From Candidatus Cloacimonadales bacterium (GTDB taxonomy: Bacteria; Cloacimonadota; Cloacimonadia; Cloacimonadales; TCS61): a stretch of 40,575 nt of DNA. Below the pieces are notes generated by a model. The model did not search any database. It saw only the letters and a list, made by a program, of their open reading frames with translations, and was not told the DNA's origin. The stretch lies in NCBI GenBank assembly GCA_046482725.1, contig JAWOEN010000052.1, positions 1-40,575 on the forward strand. The letters run 5' to 3'. The position numbers and the translations under genes were made by a program. This document shows positions 35,797 to 40,575 of the stretch, in pieces; position 1 is the first letter of the stretch, and each line of letters opens with the position of its first letter.

Positions 35797-35825
35797 TCCC
35801 AGCTCAAGATCACCTCGCTCTAATT

Positions 35826-35866
35826 TAAACAAAAAGAGAGCTTCTCATTTATCTGAAAAGCTCTCT
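35826..35866 (-). terminator. Rho-independent terminator of the ECF sigma / anti-sigma / PDZ operon
   Basis: A 9-bp AGAGAGCTT (35835-43) / AAGCTCTCT (35858-66) stem. On the minus strand it is followed by TTTTTGTTT. Confidence 0.7.
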
Positions 35867-35922
35867 TGGGGAGTGTTCATTAATCTTAGCGGAGCGGGAA
35901 AACTCCGCAACTAAGGAGGATA

Positions 35923-36987
35923 TTAACGTTCACTATTATTTTCCAAGGGGGAAATATCTTCATCTTTACTACTCGCTTTTATCTCGATCTGATAACTTTT
36001 GGCACCTTGCAACTCTTGCTCGATCAATTTCTGCAATTTCACTCTCGTTATATCTTCTATCTTTTCGGGCAGATCCAAGATTTTGCCGTTAATCATAACC
36101 TCCAGCTCAGCCAAGTTTTCAAAATCGATACTGTCCAATTGCAAATCCAGTCTGTTTAATTGCAAAAATTCTTCAAATCCGGAGAAATGTTTGATCAGCT
36201 CTTCTAGGTCTGGTAATTCGATCTCCTCGCCATTGATAATGAAATCATATTGCCCGGGTTGCAAACTATCTTCGTCGCTATAACGATAGAGAAAGACATT
36301 GTTGGGTTGCTTCAAAAAATCGATGCCACTTCTCAAAAAATTCTGCTGGGGATGCAAACCCAATTGCAGCTCTGTTTTCTTTTCTTTATTCTCGGCAAAA
36401 TAGAGTAGCTCGATCTCTTGATCCACCTGATAATTTTTGATCAGAGCCAAGAGCTGCTCCATCGTGACCAACTTATGACCATCCAGTTTCATTAGGATAT
36501 CACCAGCGCGCAAACCTGCTTGATAAGCGGGTGATCCCTTGATCACGTTATTTAGGTACAAGCCATAGTTTTGCTCATAACCCAGCCTGTTTTTTTGTAG
36601 ATCAGAAATAGCAATTGGGAAAACTCCCAGATAGGGACGACCAGATTGGCGCCTATCAGCTGTCGATAATTTCAGGTTACGCTTTTTTCCAGCTCTTTGG
36701 TAGCGCAATTTTAGCCGCTCTCCCACTTCATAGAGCGAGAGCATCTTAAAATATTGATCCGTAGTATAAAGCTTTTCTCCATCCAATTGCAAAATGATAT
36801 CACCAACATCCAAAGCAGACTCAGCTGCGGGAGATTGGGGTTGGATTTGATAAATCTCCAAACCATAATCCAACTCTTGTTGCTGGGCGGGGCTAAGTGG
36901 GCGAGGAATAATTCCCAGCCAACTTTCTGCACTCAGCGCTAGCGCCAAGCTCAGGATAATCGATAAAAAAAGATATTTTTTTGCCAT
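35923..36987 (-). CDS. Secreted tandem-PDZ protein without a protease domain
   Basis: 354 aa with signal peptide MAKKYLFLSIILSLALALSA. There are two PDZ-like units (GLEIYQIQPQSPAAESALDVGDIILQLDG; GLYLNNVIKGSPAYQAGLRAGDILMKLDG) followed by an acidic ~130-aa tail. I found no Ser-protease (GNSGG) or metalloprotease (HExxH) motif. Confidence 0.7.
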   Translation of the reverse strand: MAKKYLFLSIILSLALALSAESWLGIIPRPLSPAQQQELDYGLEIYQIQPQSPAAESALDVGDIILQLDGEKLYTTDQYFKMLSLYEVGERLKLRYQRAGKKRNLKLSTADRRQSGRPYLGVFPIAISDLQKNRLGYEQNYGLYLNNVIKGSPAYQAGLRAGDILMKLDGHKLVTMEQLLALIKNYQVDQEIELLYFAENKEKKTELQLGLHPQQNFLRSGIDFLKQPNNVFLYRYSDEDSLQPGQYDFIINGEEIELPDLEELIKHFSGFEEFLQLNRLDLQLDSIDFENLAELEVMINGKILDLPEKIEDITRVKLQKLIEQELQGAKSYQIEIKASSKDEDISPLENNSER

Positions 36988-37009
36988 AATATCGCTCCTT
37001 CGGAAATTA

Positions 37010-37480
37010 TCAGATTCCTTGAGAAGAAGTTTGTTTGATCATCGAGCCGGGTTGATTTTGGTATTCCGAGACCACCATCACCGGCTTGTTGTTGCGAGAT
37101 CTATATTTTCTGATGATGTAAGCTTTTTCTTCCTCATATTCGCCGGCATCGATCTGCTGCATCAATTGGGGATTGTTGATCGTGGTGTATTGCAGATCAT
37201 TGCCAAATTGTTCCAGTTGCGGCTGCTGAAGCTTCTCTTGCTGAAAATTATTCCAGGTCAGCTCATTCAATTTCAGGGCAACTCGCGGATCTGCCACGGT
37301 GAGAACTGCAAAGAAAATCAGCAGACAGGCTGCTCCAAAAGCCAAACGGAATTGGGTTTGATAAGTCGGCTGGTCTTTCACATATTTATCTATTAGCTGG
37401 CGGCGCAATTGCTGCTGAAATTCGCCTGCTTCCGGTTTCTTTACTGCCATCTGCAGCAGTTTTTCTTCAAACTTATTCAA
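37010..37480 (-). CDS. Putative single-pass anti-sigma factor
   Basis: 156 aa with a short cytoplasmic N-terminus and one transmembrane segment (FRLAFGAACLLIFFAVLTV). It overlaps the upstream ECF sigma gene by 8 nt. There is no zinc-binding HxxxCxxC motif. The assignment rests on position and topology only. Confidence 0.5.
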   Translation of the reverse strand: MNKFEEKLLQMAVKKPEAGEFQQQLRRQLIDKYVKDQPTYQTQFRLAFGAACLLIFFAVLTVADPRVALKLNELTWNNFQQEKLQQPQLEQFGNDLQYTTINNPQLMQQIDAGEYEEEKAYIIRKYRSRNNKPVMVVSEYQNQPGSMIKQTSSQGI

Positions 37481-38012
37481 AATCTCCTCCTTCCAAGTTT
37501 TGGCGTAATCTATTTAATGCTCGGTGCAATCTCACTTTTACTGTTCCTTCCTTCTTATGCAAAATTTCTGCTATCTCCTGATGCTTCAATTTTTCGAAAA
37601 ATCTTAGTGCGATAATATTCTGATCATTTTCCGAAAGATTCTGCATTGCTTGCTTTACCTGCTCGTAGCTATAATCATAGCTAAAATCTTCTGTATTGGG
37701 CGTATCGTTGTGGCGCACCATACCGACGATTCTATCTTGTCGTTGCCGATTGCGAAAATATTGATTGATCTCACTAATGGCGATGCGGTAGAGCCAGGAT
37801 GAAAACGAACTTTTCCGTGAATCGAGAAACCGGAATGTTCCCAGCTTCCGCATCGCTTTATTAAAAATATTCGAGACAATATCATTGCGCTCGGCTTCGT
37901 TGGGAACCCGATGATATACAAAACTATTGATCCGTGGATAATATTTTGTATACAATCGATCAAATTCCCGTATGTCTTTTTTGGCTTTTATTACTATCTC
38001 TCTCTCGTTCAC
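37473..38012 (-). CDS. ECF-type RNA polymerase sigma-70 family factor
   Basis: 179 aa. The region 2 pattern is F..LY..Y...I..FVY..V....E..DIVS..F.KA...L..F plus SWLYRIA.NE. The region 4 pattern is ...IALRFFE.L.HQEIAEIL....GTVKVRLHRAL..LR. Confidence 0.85.
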   Translation of the reverse strand: MNEREIVIKAKKDIREFDRLYTKYYPRINSFVYHRVPNEAERNDIVSNIFNKAMRKLGTFRFLDSRKSSFSSWLYRIAISEINQYFRNRQRQDRIVGMVRHNDTPNTEDFSYDYSYEQVKQAMQNLSENDQNIIALRFFEKLKHQEIAEILHKKEGTVKVRLHRALNRLRQNLEGGDFE

Positions 38013-38203
38013 AGGTTTAATCCTTTTTCATTCGTTTTCATTTTGGCAAACGCCACACTTTCCAATCGGTTACATTTTTTTCATTTTTTTTCTATTCTTG
38101 ACAAGAAACCGCCAGATTACTGCTTTTCGTCAACAGAAAGATACGGCAACTACTTCAGAAGCAAAGCCCTTTCTGAATAATCTAAATTGGAGCAGATAAG
38201 ACG

Positions 38204-39160
38204 ATGGAAAGATATGTAAATAATCCCATCCTTACCCGAGCAGAAATCCCCGAGATTTCACCTGAGCTGGTCGATCCCAGTAGCGTGTTTAATCCCGCTG
38301 CCATCAAGATCGAGGACAAATACAAGCTAATTCTGCGCGTGCAAAACAGAGCTCGGGAAACCTATCTGCTGCTGGCTGAATCTGACGACGGCATCAATTT
38401 TCAGGTAGATAACAAACTGCTTAAGCTCAAGGGATTGGACCAAATAGATGAAAAAATCTATCATTGCTATGATCCCAGAATCACTCAAATCGGTGATACT
38501 TATTATCTGATGTTTGCCATCGATTTTGCCGATTGTTGCAAATTGGCTTTAGCTGCCAGCCCAGATTTCAAAGAATTTGAGTTTATGGGAATCGTCTCAG
38601 AAGAAGCCAATCGCAACGGCGTGCTCTTTTCAGAAACAATCGGGGGCAGATACTATCGTTTGGATCGTCCCAACAAATTGGCTTTGCCAGGCGGCCCTGT
38701 AACCGGCCGTGACATCTATCTTTCCAGCTCTTCAGATCTGCTAAATTGGCAAAGCGAAGCTCTGGTAATGGCAGGTCGTCCTCACTATTGGGATGAGATT
38801 ATCGGGGCAGGTCCACCCCCTGTGAAAACCCGCGCCGGCTGGCTGCTGATCTATCATGGCATTGCCCTGCACTATGCACCGATCTATCAAGCCGGAGTTG
38901 CTCTTTTGGATCTGCACGATCCCAGCAAAGTGATAGCTCGCTCTCGCTATAATATCTTGGAACCGCGCGAGCTCTATGAGATAGTCGGGCAAGTTCCCAA
39001 TGTAATTTTTCCCAGTGGCCTCACCGTCGATAATTATGATTCTGAAGGTTTTGCCCTGGCAGATAGCCCAGTCCACATCTATTACGGTGCAGCAGACACT
39101 GTGGTTGGTTTGGCTCGTTCAACTGTAGCAGAGTTGCTCGATAAATGTAAAAAGGAATAG
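38204..39160 (+). CDS. Glycoside hydrolase family 130 protein (beta-mannoside phosphorylase/hydrolase type)
   Basis: 318 aa. The N-terminal NPILT...VFNPAAI and C-terminal IYYGAADTVVGLA motifs match my memory of GH130 (formerly DUF377) five-bladed propeller enzymes. Confidence 0.6.
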   Translation: MERYVNNPILTRAEIPEISPELVDPSSVFNPAAIKIEDKYKLILRVQNRARETYLLLAESDDGINFQVDNKLLKLKGLDQIDEKIYHCYDPRITQIGDTYYLMFAIDFADCCKLALAASPDFKEFEFMGIVSEEANRNGVLFSETIGGRYYRLDRPNKLALPGGPVTGRDIYLSSSSDLLNWQSEALVMAGRPHYWDEIIGAGPPPVKTRAGWLLIYHGIALHYAPIYQAGVALLDLHDPSKVIARSRYNILEPRELYEIVGQVPNVIFPSGLTVDNYDSEGFALADSPVHIYYGAADTVVGLARSTVAELLDKCKKE

Positions 39161-39193
39161 GGAATTGAGTATATAACAAGTTAGAAGGAAATT

Positions 39194-40315
39194 ATGAAAA
39201 AGAAAAAGGTCTTAGTAATCAATTGTGGCAGCTCATCGCTCAAGTATGAAGTTTATGAAATGCCAAATGAACGCAGTCTAGGCAAGGGTTTAGTCGAACG
39301 TATCGGCGAAATCTTGGGTCATATCGAACAGAAAAGTCCAGCCGGAACTTATGATCAGGAATTACAAATTTCCGATCATAAACGAGCGATGGAGATAGTG
39401 GTAAAAGCTCTCACCGACGAAAATTTGGGTTTGATAAAATCGATCTCTGAAATTTCGGCCGTAGGGCACCGAGTAGTTCACGGAGGAGAGCGCTATGCCT
39501 CTTCTGTGCTGATCGATCAAGACGTACTAGATGCGATCGATGAAAACTCAGAATTGGCTCCTCTCCACAATCCGGCTAATCTGACCGGCATCAATGAAAC
39601 TCGCAGAATTTTGCCGGATGTACAGCAAGTAGCAGTCTTCGACACTGCCTTTCATCAAACTTTGCCGGCAGCATCATATCTCTACGGTTTACCCCGGGAA
39701 TTTTATGACAAATACAAAATTCGCCGCTACGGATTTCATGGCACCAGCCACCGTTTTGTAGCGTCCAAAGCTTTGGAAATGATTCATAGAGTGCCGGAAA
39801 ACACCAACGTAATCTCTTGCCACTTGGGCAATGGAGCCAGTGTAACAGCGATCGAAAATGGAAAATCTGTAGATACTTCGATGGGCTTTACTCCACTGGA
39901 AGGTCTGATCATGGGAACTCGCTGCGGCGATATAGATCCCTCAATTTTGCCATTTTTGGAAAGCAAAGGCTATACACCGGATGAGCTACTAAATATCATG
40001 AACAAAAAAAGCGGCTTGCTGGGCTTATCCGAAATTTCCAATGATCTCAGAGATTTGGAAAAAGCTGCTGAAGCCGGCAATCAAAAAGCGATCGAAGCCT
40101 TGGATGCTTACGCCTATCGCATCAGGAAATATATCGGAGCTTATGCGGCAAATCTGGTAAAGGTAAGTGCCCTGATTTTCACTGGCGGCATTGGTCAGCA
40201 CGGAGTAAAAATGCGCGAGCGCATTTGCGATCGTTTGCAAAATCTGGGTATTGTTTTGGATCATGAAAAAAACAGATTGAATGGTAACAAACCCGAAATC
40301 ATCTCGCAGGATTAA
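39194..40315 (+). CDS. ackA: Acetate kinase, prematurely terminated by an in-frame TAA about 33 codons before the normal C-terminus
   Basis: 373-aa ORF. Motifs are VLVINCGSSSLKY, VGHRVVHGG, LAPLHNPAN, VFDTAFHQT, RRYGFHGTSH and FTGGIGQH. The universally conserved C-terminal VVPTNEEL segment lies after the TAA at 40313-40315, in the same frame. Confidence 0.85.
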   Translation: MKKKKVLVINCGSSSLKYEVYEMPNERSLGKGLVERIGEILGHIEQKSPAGTYDQELQISDHKRAMEIVVKALTDENLGLIKSISEISAVGHRVVHGGERYASSVLIDQDVLDAIDENSELAPLHNPANLTGINETRRILPDVQQVAVFDTAFHQTLPAASYLYGLPREFYDKYKIRRYGFHGTSHRFVASKALEMIHRVPENTNVISCHLGNGASVTAIENGKSVDTSMGFTPLEGLIMGTRCGDIDPSILPFLESKGYTPDELLNIMNKKSGLLGLSEISNDLRDLEKAAEAGNQKAIEALDAYAYRIRKYIGAYAANLVKVSALIFTGGIGQHGVKMRERICDRLQNLGIVLDHEKNRLNGNKPEIISQD

Positions 40316-40417
40316 TCCAGAATCATCATCTTGGTAGTTCCTACCAATGAAGAGCTGCAGATAGCATTGGATACTTATCGTCTTACTTTTGGTGAAGAAA
40401 ATGATATTTTGATGTAA
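40316..40417 (+). pseudogene. ackA: In-frame 3' remnant of ackA downstream of the internal TAA
   Basis: Same-frame translation is SRIIILVVPTNEELQIALDTYRLTFGEENDILM followed by TAA (40415-40417). VVPTNEEL.IA.DT is the conserved AckA C-terminal motif. Confidence 0.75.
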
Positions 40418-40437
40418 GCAAATATCTTGCTTTTCTT

Positions 40438-40472
40438 AAGGTGGTGTTTTAATCCAAAATGCCACCTTTTAA
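40438..40472 (+). terminator. Weak terminator candidate after ackA
   Basis: AAGGTGG (40438-44) / CCACCTT (40462-68) stem followed by a short T-run (TTTT including the stem end). Confidence 0.35.
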
Positions 40473-40575
40473 GAATATCTCTTACTGTGAACTATTTTTA
40501 CAAATAAATGAATTTATGGACATAACACATTTTTTATTTATGATATTGAAATGAAAAAAATAATAATAATTTTAG

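Overview
This is a gene-dense, AT-rich (roughly 40% GC by eye) bacterial chromosome segment. All family assignments come from hand translation, motif recognition and alignment from memory; no searches were run.

Four proteins carry the NYPNPFNPxTTI...GVYFY C-terminal domain typical of type IX secretion (T9SS) cargo. That points to a diderm of the FCB/Cloacimonadota-like radiation, but phylum placement is inference only.

Content from left to right:
- A partial type I R-M methylase gene (hsdM), open at the left edge.
- A small T9SS lipoprotein gene interrupted by an in-frame TGA.
- A LicC-like nucleotidyltransferase paired with a B12/radical-SAM (DUF4080-type) gene.
- SIMPL and DUF1456 genes.
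- A five-gene poly-gamma-glutamate locus: pgsB, pgsC, a 'system protein', an unknown periplasmic protein and an outer-membrane barrel.
- Three consecutive large T9SS cargo genes: a C25 gingipain-like peptidase, an M14 carboxypeptidase and a 1020-aa protein with about 15-16 repeats.
- An LVIVD-repeat lipoprotein and bamA.
- A tRNA cluster of Pro plus two identical Val genes.
- A housekeeping run: yibQ-like, uppP, holA, era.
- A tRNA cluster of Ser, Ser and Gln.
- A three-gene sensory operon: hybrid kinase, kinase and sigma-54 activator.
- A ~0.97-kb gene-free gap between convergent genes.
- An ECF sigma / anti-sigma / tandem-PDZ operon.
- A GH130 gene.
- An acetate kinase gene interrupted by an in-frame TAA.

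The most interesting items:
1. The convergent-gene gap holds a GC-rich island of hairpins bracketed by ~70-nt direct repeats with GTATTCC heptads. It is a candidate structured RNA or small element.
2. The PgsA-less poly-gamma-glutamate operon has an apparent outer-membrane module.
3. Two independent in-frame stop codons sit inside otherwise conserved genes.
4. The C25 peptidase has Trp at the position of the catalytic His.
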